From: Candidatus Omnitrophota bacterium
GTDB lineage: Bacteria; Omnitrophota; Gorgyraeia; Zapsychrales; Zapsychraceae
Length of the DNA: 64,000 nucleotides
Reading direction: 5' to 3'
NCBI GenBank assembly: GCA_029261065.1
Contig: JAJDCB010000030.1
Location: 196,876-260,875, forward strand
Part shown: one piece after another, positions 46,682 through 56,988 of the stretch
How the letters are laid out: each line of letters starts with the position of its first letter
Numbering within the stretch: position 1 is the first letter of the stretch
The notes under the pieces: generated by a model
The model's database searches: none
The model's input: only the letters and a program-made list of their open reading frames with translations
What the model was told of the DNA's origin: nothing
Translations under genes and position numbers: made by a program

Positions 46682-46856
46682 CTATGTTATAGCTAATTTT
46701 AGAATAAGACTTGATTTCTAACTATATGCAATTAAACAATTTAAGGTTTATATTGTCCGATTACAAAAATGATGTCAGTTTATAATTAACAGGGTCAATA
46801 AATTCATGTATACTTAATTAGTTTGTTGCGTGTCGTTTAAGGAGAGGACAGTCTAA

Positions 46857-47777
46857 ATGGATTCTGATTTCGAAGGTCTTGCGTATACTATTATACTTTT
46901 AGTTTTAGGTGTTTTTGGCTTTTTTTGGGGATTCAAGCGCTTTAAGAGAAAGCGGCTCATTGAAAATACGCCAACTTCGACGATTCGGGGTATGGCTATG
47001 GGGCTTGTTGAGATTCTGGGAAAGGCTCGTAAAACGCCTTTGATTCATAGTCCTTTGATTAAAGAAAAATGCGTCTACTATCAATATCAGATTGAAGAGT
47101 ATCGCTCTGATGGGGAAGATAGTAGTTGGTATACCCTTGTTCGGGGAAATAGCAAAAATGCTCCTTTTCGAATCGAAGATGAAACTGGGGTCGTTTCTAT
47201 TATTCCGAAAAGGTCAGAAGTTGTGATACCAAAAACATACACATTGACGACAGGTTTGGGCGTTTCTATTCCGCAAAGTATTAAGCAGTTTATGATAGAT
47301 AGAAAAATAAAATATCGAGGATTATTCGGAAGTAAAAAACTACGTTTTACGGAATGGCGTATTCATAGTGAAGAAACGGTTTATATTTTAGGAACGGCTC
47401 AAAAAGAAAATGATCTTGTCAATGTTCAGAAAATGAAAATGGACAGTTACCTTTCAGATTTAGCAACTAATCCAGAAGCGTTAAATGCTATTGATAAAAA
47501 TAAGGATGGAGATGTTGATCAGAAAGAATGGGATGCGGCTGTTAAACAAGTTGAGAAAGAACTTATAGAAGAGGAAGGCAAGTCTGTCCATCTATCTCAA
47601 TTAAATGATGTATATATCTCTTGGAGTGATGTTGATAAAGTGTTTATGATTTCCAATCATCCGCAGAAAGATTTAACTAAGAAATTGTTTTGGCAGTCGA
47701 TGCTTGGAATTTATGGTGGTTCTGCGTTAGCGGTTGCGATGTTAGTGTTGCTATTACATTATTTTCAAATATTTTAA
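46857..47777 (+). CDS. GIDE-domain membrane protein with EF-hand
   Basis: RLIENTPTSTIR..AMGLVEI.G; DKNKDGDVDQKEWD; TMs at both ends; adjacent to lemA. Confidence 0.82.
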   Translation: MDSDFEGLAYTIILLVLGVFGFFWGFKRFKRKRLIENTPTSTIRGMAMGLVEILGKARKTPLIHSPLIKEKCVYYQYQIEEYRSDGEDSSWYTLVRGNSKNAPFRIEDETGVVSIIPKRSEVVIPKTYTLTTGLGVSIPQSIKQFMIDRKIKYRGLFGSKKLRFTEWRIHSEETVYILGTAQKENDLVNVQKMKMDSYLSDLATNPEALNAIDKNKDGDVDQKEWDAAVKQVEKELIEEEGKSVHLSQLNDVYISWSDVDKVFMISNHPQKDLTKKLFWQSMLGIYGGSALAVAMLVLLLHYFQIF

Positions 47778-47852
47778 TTTAGGAATTTCGAAGCTTTAAC
47801 GAAATTCCAGGTTGGCTTAATACCTTAGATAATTGAGTCCAGAGGTTCATAC
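47777..47852. repeat. two-hairpin dispersed repeat, copy 1
   Basis: Matches 62127-62217. Confidence 0.8.
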
Positions 47853-47870
47853 TTTTAATTAAAGAAGGAG

Positions 47871-48458
47871 ATGAGAATGGGAACAGTGATTGTTGTTTTA
47901 GCAGTATTATTTTTTATTGTTGTCGGTTTAATTATGTACGGCGTCTCGATCTATAATGGCTTGATTAGTCTTTTTCATAATGTGGATAAGGCTTGGTCGA
48001 ATATTGATGTGTTGCTTAAGCAGCGGCATGATGAGATTCCGAAGTTGATTAAGGTGTGTGAAGGGTATATGAAGCATGAACGCGATACGCTTGAAAGTAT
48101 TACTAAAGCGCGTACAAGTTGTATAAACGCGGGAAGTGTTGGGGAATCAGCGCAATCAGAGGGTATGCTAACTCAGGCTTTGAAATCTTTATTTGCAGTG
48201 GCGGAAAATTATCCGGATCTTAAGGCGAATACAGGGTTTTTACAGCTTCAGGATCGGGTTAGTTATTTGGAAAGTCAAATCGCTGATCGACGTGAAATGT
48301 ATAACGATTCCACAAATAACTACAATATCCGGATTCATCAAATTCCAGATATGTTTGTCGCGGGCATGATGAATATGAAGGATAAAGAATTGTTTAAGGT
48401 CTCAGAGACAGATCGTCAGGATGTGGATATTAAATTTAATTTTCCAGATGGTAAATAG
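47871..48458 (+). CDS. lemA: LemA family protein
   Basis: AWSNIDVLLKQRHDEIP, AVAENYPDLKAN, RREMYND. Confidence 0.94.
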   Translation: MRMGTVIVVLAVLFFIVVGLIMYGVSIYNGLISLFHNVDKAWSNIDVLLKQRHDEIPKLIKVCEGYMKHERDTLESITKARTSCINAGSVGESAQSEGMLTQALKSLFAVAENYPDLKANTGFLQLQDRVSYLESQIADRREMYNDSTNNYNIRIHQIPDMFVAGMMNMKDKELFKVSETDRQDVDIKFNFPDGK

Positions 48459-48625
48459 TGGCGTTATAAACTTCGTTTGGGATTATAATTAACAGGAAGG
48501 TGTTTTTTGGGTATACTTAATTAAAGGTATTTGGTTAATACCCCGCCTTTGGCGGGGTCAATTCGTGCTTCTAGTTTATGCCTCCTTTGGTCGCATAAAC
48601 TAAGCTTTCATTGAGGAGATTCAAA

Positions 48626-49105
48626 GTGCAAAGGTCACATACGGTTTTAAAAAAAGCGATCAATAAGGTTGGGGTTAAGGCATTGGCTGCGAAATTGGGG
48701 GTGTCTCAGACGCTTGTTTATAAATGGTGTCAGCCCTCAGTGCATGAAGAGAGTCCAGATCTCTATGATGTGAGTGGGGCGCAAAATCCGTTGGATCGGT
48801 TAAGAAAGGTTTATGAATATACCAAAGATCCTGAAATCATTAATTGGATTTGTAAATTAGCTGATGGTTATTATGTGAAGAACCCTACTCTAAATAAGAA
48901 AAGCCATGAAACGGTTGTGGTTAAAAACACACAAAAGCTTATTAAAGAATTTTCAGAAACATTGGCAGCGATTTCAACATCTTACAGCGTTGATAAGAAA
49001 ATTACGGCTAAAGAGGCTAAGGTGATTCGTAAGGAATGGGAGGATTTGAAGAGGATTGGAGAAGGATTTGTGAAGGCGTGTGAGATGGGGAAGTTTGATA
49101 AGTAG
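48626..49105 (+). CDS. HTH protein resembling the phage regulatory CII/CP76 family
   Basis: GVKALAAKLGVSQTLVYKW, NPLDR, IKEFSE..D.KIT..EA..IRKEWE; GAGGAG SD before GTG. Confidence 0.65.
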   Translation: MQRSHTVLKKAINKVGVKALAAKLGVSQTLVYKWCQPSVHEESPDLYDVSGAQNPLDRLRKVYEYTKDPEIINWICKLADGYYVKNPTLNKKSHETVVVKNTQKLIKEFSETLAAISTSYSVDKKITAKEAKVIRKEWEDLKRIGEGFVKACEMGKFDK

Positions 49106-49118
49106 TCAGCTCGCAGGA

Positions 49119-49265
49119 AGGTTCCCGCTGGAGTTTACCCCATAGGATTTCCGTTTTCACGGGAATGACATAAGGGACGGGAATGACACGATTACTTTTA
49201 ATATTTGTAGAAAACAAAAATGTTATCCCCGCCCCATTTGTCATTCCCGCAAAAGCGGGAATCCA
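49119..49265. repeat. REP-like cluster
   Basis: Same family as 1799-1891. Confidence 0.88.
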
Positions 49266-49290
49266 TTAATAATTATAGAAGGAGTAAACC

Positions 49291-49749
49291 ATGGACATAG
49301 AAATTTTTAAAAACCCCATTCTCATCTGGTTTTTCGTAGGCGCATTTATTTTCTTACTAGAGTTCGCAGCTCCTGGCTTGATTCTTTTTTTCTTTGGAAT
49401 CGGTGCCTGGGTGGTTGCTCTATTGCTTATTGTTTGGAAAGTCTCTATTAATGTTCAACTTGTAGTGTTTTTGATTACATCAATTTTATCACTGATTCTT
49501 TTTCGTAAGATGCTAAAAGAGGCATTTCATGGCCATGTGAAAGGAAAACAAGCTTTAGAAGATGATTATAGTGATTTTATTGGACAAAAAGCAGAAGTAA
49601 GCGAAAAGATTGTTCATAATAAATCAGGAACAGTTGAGTTTAAGGGCGTTGTGTGGAAGGCAGTCGCAGATGAAGCGATTCCTGCTGGAACACGAGTGGA
49701 GATTATCAGTAAAGATAATTTAACATTGAAGGTTAAGCCGTTGGCATAG
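49291..49749 (+). CDS. NfeD family protein
   Basis: N-terminal TMs; C-terminal G.VEFKGVVWKA OB-fold. Confidence 0.9.
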   Translation: MDIEIFKNPILIWFFVGAFIFLLEFAAPGLILFFFGIGAWVVALLLIVWKVSINVQLVVFLITSILSLILFRKMLKEAFHGHVKGKQALEDDYSDFIGQKAEVSEKIVHNKSGTVEFKGVVWKAVADEAIPAGTRVEIISKDNLTLKVKPLA

Positions 49750-49778
49750 ACCGTTAATTAAGTGAAGGAGGTTGTATC

Positions 49779-50726
49779 ATGGGTGCATTTACAGTTATTT
49801 TTATAGGAATGTGTGTTTTTGCGATTATTCTCGCATTTATGTCCCTTTTGGTTGTTCCTCAAAAACAGGCTGTTATTGTGGAGCATTTGGGTAAGTATCG
49901 AGCGACATTGTTAGCAGGGTTTCATATTCTGATTCCTTTTTTGGATCGCGTCGGATATCGTCATACATTAAAAGAACAAACCATTGATGTCCCGCCACAA
50001 AGTTGTATTACAAAAGATAATATTGCTGTTACAGTAGATGGTATTTTGTATTTACAGGTGATGGATCCAAAGAAAGCGTCATATGGGATTAATGATTATC
50101 AATTTGCTTCTATTCAAATTGCACAAACAACAATGCGTAGTATTATTGGAAAGATGGAGTTGGATAAAACATTTGAGGAACGAGAAACGATTAATGCGAC
50201 AATCGTTCAAGCTGTTGATAAGGCTTCAGATCCTTGGGGTGTTAAGATTACACGTTATGAGATAAAAAATATTGTTCCTCCACAAAGTATTAAAGACGCG
50301 ATGGAGAAGCAAATGCGTGCCGAACGTGAGAAGCGCGCTCTTATCGCTGAGTCTGAAGGGGATAAGCAAGCTAAAATTAATCGTGCAGAAGGACAAAAAG
50401 AAGAAACCATTCGTTATTCTGAGGCTGAAAAGCTTAAACGTATTAATGAAGCGGAGGGTAGTGCTTTTGAAATTGAGCGCGTGGCAGGTGCAACTGCAAA
50501 AGGGATACGTGAGATTGCTCTTGCGATCAATGAAAAGGGAGGAACAGATGCTGTTAACTTACGCGTTGCTGAACAGTATTTAGAGCAATTTGGAAAGTTG
50601 GCACATAAAAATAATACGATGATTATTCCTACTAATCTTTCTGATGTTGCCGGTATTGTTGCTGCGGCAAATAGCGTGTTTGTAAAGACATCTGGAAAGA
50701 ACATTAAGCCATTAGAAAGTAAATAA
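49779..50726 (+). CDS. SPFH/band 7 (QmcA-like) protein
   Basis: ITKDN..VDG, QTTMRSIIG, WGVKITRYEIK, QMRAEREKRA. Confidence 0.95.
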   Translation: MGAFTVIFIGMCVFAIILAFMSLLVVPQKQAVIVEHLGKYRATLLAGFHILIPFLDRVGYRHTLKEQTIDVPPQSCITKDNIAVTVDGILYLQVMDPKKASYGINDYQFASIQIAQTTMRSIIGKMELDKTFEERETINATIVQAVDKASDPWGVKITRYEIKNIVPPQSIKDAMEKQMRAEREKRALIAESEGDKQAKINRAEGQKEETIRYSEAEKLKRINEAEGSAFEIERVAGATAKGIREIALAINEKGGTDAVNLRVAEQYLEQFGKLAHKNNTMIIPTNLSDVAGIVAAANSVFVKTSGKNIKPLESK

Positions 50727-50750
50727 ATTAAAAATGAATTCTATCATTTT

Positions 50751-50788
50751 AAACCACCATAACATTTATTGTTATGGTGGTTTTTTTA
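50751..50788 (+). terminator. intrinsic terminator
   Basis: AAACCACCATAACA-TTTAT-TGTTATGGTGGTTT plus T-tract. Confidence 0.8.
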
Positions 50789-50861
50789 TGTGAAAGAAGT
50801 ATTCTTTTGTTTTGTGTTTAGTGGTATATTGAATTTATTCATAACTTATCAAGGAATAATA

Positions 50862-51233
50862 GTGAAGCGTATTGTAATAGTGGAAGATGATGATGACATT
50901 AGGGAATTATTCCAAAAAAAATTGGAACGAGCAGGTTATGGGGTGAGTATTGCTTGTAATGGTGTAGAGGCAAGTCGCTTATACAAGAATGAATCTCCTG
51001 ATTTAGTCATTACAGATATCATCATGCCTGAAAAGGATGGTGTTGAAGTTATTATGGAGCTAAAAAAGGATTTGCCAGAGGTAAAAATATTAGCCATATC
51101 CGGTGGAGGCTGCAAAGCTGGTCACGCTGTTGATTTTCTAAATATGGCAGAAGGCATGGGAGTTGATTTAGTGCTCGCCAAACCAATTAATCCCGATAAA
51201 TTATTAGATGAAGTAAAAAAACTTTTAGCTTAA
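50862..51233 (+). CDS. single-domain response regulator
   Basis: IVEDD, TDIIMPEKDG, AISGG, KP. Confidence 0.92.
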   Translation: MKRIVIVEDDDDIRELFQKKLERAGYGVSIACNGVEASRLYKNESPDLVITDIIMPEKDGVEVIMELKKDLPEVKILAISGGGCKAGHAVDFLNMAEGMGVDLVLAKPINPDKLLDEVKKLLA

Positions 51234-51294
51234 GTGTAGTTTAGGCTTCTATTAGAGACACCTCCACACAATTTGTACTTCCGAGACTTATTAA

Positions 51295-53361
51295 ATGAAA
51301 AAATATATTTTCAGTATACTACTTATATTGATGCTGATGGGCTGTGCAACGATGACATCTCAAGATAAACGAGACCCTCGTGATGTTGTTAAGGTTTGGG
51401 TTAAGCAAACTGCTGCTGTTACGGTTGACGAGGCTTATAGTGATGGACAAGAATTATATGTCAACTTCAATTCTTTGTTAAAAGATAGTAGTCACCAAAA
51501 AGGTTTCTACGCGTATGCCAACCTAGATCCCAATGAGAATAAGAATGTTGATTTTACCAAGAATCTTGCCGTGTCTATTGATATCATATCCTTTGATCAA
51601 TGGAAGCAAAAAGGATCTCAGTTACAGAAATTAGTTAGTTTAGATAATACGTATTGGCTGGAATATCGAAAATACTTATCAAAGAATATTGCCATCAATG
51701 AAAAGAATGTTGGTGTTGTTGTGCGCAATGATGAGGAGGAGTTGATTTTCTATTATGATGAAAATCAAGAGCTTGTTGTTAAAGATCTCGTTGAGAAGCC
51801 AGTTGAGGTTATTGTGCGAAAGATATTATCGCAAATTAAATTACGTGAGATTGTTCTTTCTTCGATGGAGGATTTTTTAAAGAGTAAAAAAAATGATAGT
51901 ACTCGCATACTTATGACTATGAGTTTAGAAGATGATTATACGAATCCTTTTTTATTTGTTGATTTAGAAAACAAGGTCGTGGCAAGTTTAAAGTTTAAAA
52001 CATCAACAAAAAATAAACATCATGAAAATGTTTTTCGTAAGAGTGTTAAGTCTGTCGATTATTTGATTGAGAGTAATATCCTTGGCGTAATTACAAGACC
52101 TGTTTCCACAACGTATCGTTTATTGTCTTGGACAAAAGGAACGACCTCAGATATTGTTATTCCCTCTTCCATAAGACTTCCTAATAATGCAAAGATTGCG
52201 TCTATTTATGAAGGCCATTCTATGGATTTAGAAGTCTTTGAAAAGAAGTTGGACAATTTAGTTAAGAGCAAACGTTCATCGGGGGTTATTCAATTTTATA
52301 TTGGCGGTGATGAATATTTTCCTCGATTAATTGAGGCTTTTATTGGCGCTAAGAAATCTATTAATTTACGAACCTTTATTTTTGATAATGATGATTATGC
52401 CGTTGAGATTGCTGATGTCCTTAAGAAGAAGTCTCTTGAAAAAGGTGTGAAAGTAAAGGTGTTATTAGATGGGATGGGACAGATTATGGGGGAGGGAAAA
52501 ATTGCTGATGATTTACCGCCGGACTTTGTATCGCCCGTTTCTATTGAAAAATATTTGCTTAAAGATTCAAAAGTTAAAGTGCATGTTCGATCTTCTGCTT
52601 TATTTAAAGCTGATCATACCAAGACCACAACTATTGATGAGGATTTAAGTTTTACAGGAGGGATGAATATTGGCCGTGAATATCGTTATGATTGGCATGA
52701 TTTGATGATGGAGGTGCGTGGACCCATTGTTGGTGAAATCCTTAAAGACTTTAATTATGGTTGGGCTTATGCAAGCAAATGGGGGGATATTGGTTACTTA
52801 AAACAACGCTTTTTTAAAAGTGATGAGATAGTTGAAGGCGAAGGTTATCCTATCCGAGCGCTTTATACTAAACCCAATGACCCGCAAATTTTTAGAGCAC
52901 AGATTTTGGCTATACGTGAAGCTAAAAAGTACATATATGTTCATAACGCGTATTTTTCAGATAATGCTATTTTAGGTGAACTTATTAAGGCTCGCAAAAG
53001 AGGTGTTGATGTGCGTGTTATTTTACCCGTAAATGGCAATCATGAAATTATGAATGCGAGTAACGTGGTGACGGCTAATATTATGTTTGAGAAAGGTATT
53101 CGCGTCTATTTTTATCCAGGTATGTCTCATGTGAAGGCTGCTATTTATGATGGTTGGTTGTGTACGGGATCGGCAAATTTTGATAAATTAAGTTTTCGAG
53201 ATAATATCGAATTTAATCTTGCCACATCTGATCCGGAGTCAGTCAATTATCTTAAAGAACATCTTTTTGAGAAGGATTTTGTCAAATCATTGGAAATGAC
53301 TCAAACCTTAGAAAGCTCATGGCGTGAACGTTTGGCTGAATTTTTAGCAGAGCAACTTTAA
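51295..53361 (+). CDS. lipoprotein phospholipase D / cardiolipin synthase-like
   Basis: LMG^C lipobox; two HKD motifs (DHTKTTTID..GGMN; SHVKAAIYD..GSAN). Confidence 0.88.
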   Translation: MKKYIFSILLILMLMGCATMTSQDKRDPRDVVKVWVKQTAAVTVDEAYSDGQELYVNFNSLLKDSSHQKGFYAYANLDPNENKNVDFTKNLAVSIDIISFDQWKQKGSQLQKLVSLDNTYWLEYRKYLSKNIAINEKNVGVVVRNDEEELIFYYDENQELVVKDLVEKPVEVIVRKILSQIKLREIVLSSMEDFLKSKKNDSTRILMTMSLEDDYTNPFLFVDLENKVVASLKFKTSTKNKHHENVFRKSVKSVDYLIESNILGVITRPVSTTYRLLSWTKGTTSDIVIPSSIRLPNNAKIASIYEGHSMDLEVFEKKLDNLVKSKRSSGVIQFYIGGDEYFPRLIEAFIGAKKSINLRTFIFDNDDYAVEIADVLKKKSLEKGVKVKVLLDGMGQIMGEGKIADDLPPDFVSPVSIEKYLLKDSKVKVHVRSSALFKADHTKTTTIDEDLSFTGGMNIGREYRYDWHDLMMEVRGPIVGEILKDFNYGWAYASKWGDIGYLKQRFFKSDEIVEGEGYPIRALYTKPNDPQIFRAQILAIREAKKYIYVHNAYFSDNAILGELIKARKRGVDVRVILPVNGNHEIMNASNVVTANIMFEKGIRVYFYPGMSHVKAAIYDGWLCTGSANFDKLSFRDNIEFNLATSDPESVNYLKEHLFEKDFVKSLEMTQTLESSWRERLAEFLAEQL

Positions 53362-53469
53362 GAACGGGTATACAAAATTTATTAATTCCATATTGTGTAA
53401 CCCTTATTCTTGGAATATTATAGATAAAGACGAGAATTGAAGATTTGGCGTTATTTAAGGAGAGTCTAA

Positions 53470-53907
53470 ATGGATAAGAAAGTGTTATTTGTCGAAGATG
53501 AGGATGTCATTCGAGAAATGGCCGGAAATAAATTGAAACGTGAAGGTTATGAGGTTTTTGTAGCGGCTGATGGTGTTGAGGCTTTGGAATTAGTTGAGAA
53601 GAACGACCCGGATCTTATTATTACGGATGTCGTTATGCCGCGAATGGATGGATATGAATTTTTTAAAAGTGTTAGATCTGATCCTAGCACAGCAACCATT
53701 CCTTTTATTATATTAACAGCAAGAGGTATGATGGAGGATGCGTTTTTAGCTTTAGGGGCTGAGGAATTTATTGCTAAACCTTTTGCACCAGAAGATCTTT
53801 CCAAGCTTGTTAGTAAAGCGCTAAAGGATTCGAAGAAGGAATATCGTCAAGAAGTAAAAGATAATGCCAATTTAATGAACATAATTAGAAAAAATAAAGA
53901 AGAGTAA
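53470..53907 (+). CDS. response regulator
   Basis: FVEDE, TDVVMPRMDG, LTA, KPF. Confidence 0.92.
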   Translation: MDKKVLFVEDEDVIREMAGNKLKREGYEVFVAADGVEALELVEKNDPDLIITDVVMPRMDGYEFFKSVRSDPSTATIPFIILTARGMMEDAFLALGAEEFIAKPFAPEDLSKLVSKALKDSKKEYRQEVKDNANLMNIIRKNKEE

Positions 53908-53943
53908 AGGTTTTTTGTTTTTAACACATAAAGGTTTTCATCT

Positions 53944-54972
53944 ATGAGTCCGGCGATGATCGGCATAGTTTTTTGTTTGGCACACTCAGCGCTGTTTTCG
54001 GGGCTTAATCTAGGCTTTTTTGGAGTAAGTCGATTAAGACTTGTTGTGCAAGCGGAAACAGGGGATGCCGATGCCCAACGCATTTTAAGTTTAAGACGAG
54101 ATGCTCATTTGTTGCTGGCTACGTTATTATGGGGTAATGTTGCTAGTAATGTTTTATTAGCGCTATTGGCCGATTCTCTAATGAGCGGTATTGGCGCTTT
54201 TTTCTTCTCCACCATTGGTATCACATTTTTTGGTGAAATCATTCCACAAGCGTATCTTTCCAAAAATGCTTTAAAAGCAAGTGTTGTTTTAGTTCCTATC
54301 GTAAAATTTTATCAAATTATATTATTGCCTATCACGAAGCCTACCGCTTTATTGCTTGATAAGTGGTTGGGTAAAGAAAAAATTAGTTATTTTCAAGAAG
54401 ACGAAATAACGGTTCTCCTTGAAAGACATGCGCAATCCAAATTAACAGATTTGGCGAAGTTAGAGACTTTGGGGGCTGTTAATTTTTTAAAGATCGATGA
54501 TGTCAAAGTTGAGGAAGAAGGAGAGGTTATTAATCCTAAAAGTATCATAACACTTCCTGTTTCGGAAAAAGGATTACCTCTATTTCCAAATTTTGATAAA
54601 GAATCGGACGATTTATTTCTACAAAAAATTCATGCTTCGCAAGAAAAATGGGTGATTATTGTTGATGAAGGTGAAAAGCCTGTATTGGTGCTCAATGCCG
54701 ATCAATTTTTAAGAGATGTCATGTATGGTAAAGAAGTAAAAAGCGTTTATACTTATTGTCATCGTCCCATTATTATTTCTGAGGCTGGCACGAAATTAGG
54801 GGATGTGATGCTCAACTTTAAGGTGCGAGCGGAACATGCTGAGGATGACGTTGTGGATAATGATATTGTGCTGTATTGGAGTCAGCAAAAGCGTATTATT
54901 ACGGGTGCCGACATTTTAGGGCGATTATTAAGAGGTATTGTCAAACGTGATCAGATTACACCGCAAGAATAA
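53944..54972 (+). CDS. CNNM/DUF21 transmembrane protein
   Basis: SALFSGLNLG, LLATLLWGNV..N, FGEIIPQA. Confidence 0.9.
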   Translation: MSPAMIGIVFCLAHSALFSGLNLGFFGVSRLRLVVQAETGDADAQRILSLRRDAHLLLATLLWGNVASNVLLALLADSLMSGIGAFFFSTIGITFFGEIIPQAYLSKNALKASVVLVPIVKFYQIILLPITKPTALLLDKWLGKEKISYFQEDEITVLLERHAQSKLTDLAKLETLGAVNFLKIDDVKVEEEGEVINPKSIITLPVSEKGLPLFPNFDKESDDLFLQKIHASQEKWVIIVDEGEKPVLVLNADQFLRDVMYGKEVKSVYTYCHRPIIISEAGTKLGDVMLNFKVRAEHAEDDVVDNDIVLYWSQQKRIITGADILGRLLRGIVKRDQITPQE

Positions 54973-55220
54973 AATCTTCAAATGGGTTGTTAAGCGTCAA
55001 CCGATCCATTGCAAAGCATATTATTAATGCCTATCAAGAAGAAATTTGCGTTTCAATCAACTGAAAAAAATTAATTATTTTCTTTCATTTACAAAATATG
55101 ACTGTAAATTGAAGGTAATAGTAAATTATTACTAAAAGCTTTGTAATAATAAGTTGTCTAGATTATTATAATAAATTTATAAGTTTTATTTGAATGTTGA
55201 GAAAACAAAAGGGGAAGGCA

Positions 55221-56567
55221 ATGAAAAAAACTTTAAGTGTTTTAATAGTAATGTGTTTGGCTTTCGTAGCGCCTGCAGATGCTGGGAAGTATATTAATGA
55301 GCATTTACCGGAATGGGTAAATGTAGATGTTCAGTTGCGTCATCGTTATAGTTGGAAAGATAATGCTGACTTTGATGATGGCGTTGATGATGGCAAGGGG
55401 AAACATGAATGGAGGGGTCGACTTAGTATTGCGTTGATGCCTATGGAGAATTTAAAACTTTTTTATCAACTTCAAGATTCTCGTATTTCTCATGACAGTA
55501 AATTATCAACTTCTGTAGCAGGTTTTCAAGACTTTGCTGATACTAGACAACTTTATCTGCAAGTGACAGATATAGCTTCTTTTCTTAATGTTGATTCAAA
55601 CATTGATTATGGGGTTCGGCTGGGACGTCAGGAGTTGTCTTATGGGGCTCAAAGACTTGTAGGTGGATTTAATTGGTCGAACGTTGCTCAGACTTTTGAT
55701 GCCGGTAAGGTCATGCTAAGGTTTGATGATTTAGATCTTACGGTTGACGGTTTTGGTGGTACAAAAACACCAAACAATGCCCCTCGTGAAGCCGATGGGT
55801 TTTTTGATGGTTCTACGCACGATTTGTTGGCTGGTTATTATGCCACTTATAAGGGTGTGGAGAACATGACGATTGAGCAATACTTGTTACATCGTAAAAC
55901 AAACAAAAATATCACATATCGCCCTGGAACAACGGGTGAGCTTGATATTACTACTATAGGTGGTCGTTTTAAGGGAAAAATTGCGGATACACATTTTGAT
56001 TATGAACTGGAGGGAGCCGCTCAATTTGGTGATCATAATAGCTTAGATGTTGAGTCAAAAATGGCAGTGGCCATTTTAGGTTATACTTTTGATCATGATT
56101 GGAAACCTCGATTTGCATTTGAATTTGATTATGGATCAGGAGATACGAATTCTTCTGACCAAACTCAAGGAACATTTGATAATCTTTTTCCAACAAATCA
56201 TCTTCATTTTGGCTATATGGATTTAGCCAGTTTACAAAATATCAATAATTATCGTCTTCAATTAACGGCTAAACCTACAAAGAAGTTGGCGATGCAAGCT
56301 GACCTGCATTTTATCTTTTTGGATACAGCCAAAGATTCACTATTTAATGCCGGTCGTTCTGCTAAACGTACAGCAACAGGAAATGGAACAGGCGAGACGC
56401 ATGTTGGGAATGAGTTGGACCTTAAGGCGAAGTATAAAGTTACAAAATATGCCAATGTATTGGTAGGATACTCTCATTTTTGGGCTGGTGACTTTCTTCA
56501 TGAGTCTGGAAGTGGTGCACAAGATGATGGAGATTATTTTTATATTCAATCTTTATTAAATTTTTAA
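55221..56567 (+). CDS. alginate export family outer-membrane beta-barrel
   Basis: Signal peptide, GRQELSYGAQRLVG..WSN, SGD..TFDNLFPTNH..G.MD, terminal Phe. Confidence 0.85.
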   Translation: MKKTLSVLIVMCLAFVAPADAGKYINEHLPEWVNVDVQLRHRYSWKDNADFDDGVDDGKGKHEWRGRLSIALMPMENLKLFYQLQDSRISHDSKLSTSVAGFQDFADTRQLYLQVTDIASFLNVDSNIDYGVRLGRQELSYGAQRLVGGFNWSNVAQTFDAGKVMLRFDDLDLTVDGFGGTKTPNNAPREADGFFDGSTHDLLAGYYATYKGVENMTIEQYLLHRKTNKNITYRPGTTGELDITTIGGRFKGKIADTHFDYELEGAAQFGDHNSLDVESKMAVAILGYTFDHDWKPRFAFEFDYGSGDTNSSDQTQGTFDNLFPTNHLHFGYMDLASLQNINNYRLQLTAKPTKKLAMQADLHFIFLDTAKDSLFNAGRSAKRTATGNGTGETHVGNELDLKAKYKVTKYANVLVGYSHFWAGDFLHESGSGAQDDGDYFYIQSLLNF

Positions 56568-56696
56568 ATAAGTTTCATTTTGCCGATTGGATTAAGAAAT
56601 AAGTGCTATTTTTAAGATTGTTACTAAAAATAGTACTTATTTTTTTGAAATTAGAGGAAAGTGGTTATAATATAACTACTATAAAGGAAGTAATGT

Positions 56697-56963
56697 ATGT
56701 CTTATGTTCCAAAGAAAAAGTGTCGTTATTGCGCCAATGAGTTTTCTGGTATGAATGTGGAATGTCCGGAATGCGGGAGTCGAGATCTTATTGAGACAGA
56801 TCTTCATAAGGGAGCTCAAGATTCTCAAGAAACTAAGAATTACTTTGCTCTTGGATTAATCGGAACATTTATTGTGGCAGGTGCAGCATATTACGTTACA
56901 GGAAAAGTGGTAATTTCATTTATTGTCGTTACTGCTTTTGTTGTTTATCAATTAAAGAAATGA
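56697..56963 (+). CDS. zinc-ribbon membrane protein
   Basis: CRYC..CPECG followed by two TMs. Confidence 0.75.
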   Translation: MSYVPKKKCRYCANEFSGMNVECPECGSRDLIETDLHKGAQDSQETKNYFALGLIGTFIVAGAAYYVTGKVVISFIVVTAFVVYQLKK

Positions 56964-56988
56964 GTCAAAGAATAATAAGGAGTATATA

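Noticed and set aside
48626-49105. Prophage
   Set aside because: This is a single CII-like gene, with no integrase, structural or replication genes nearby.
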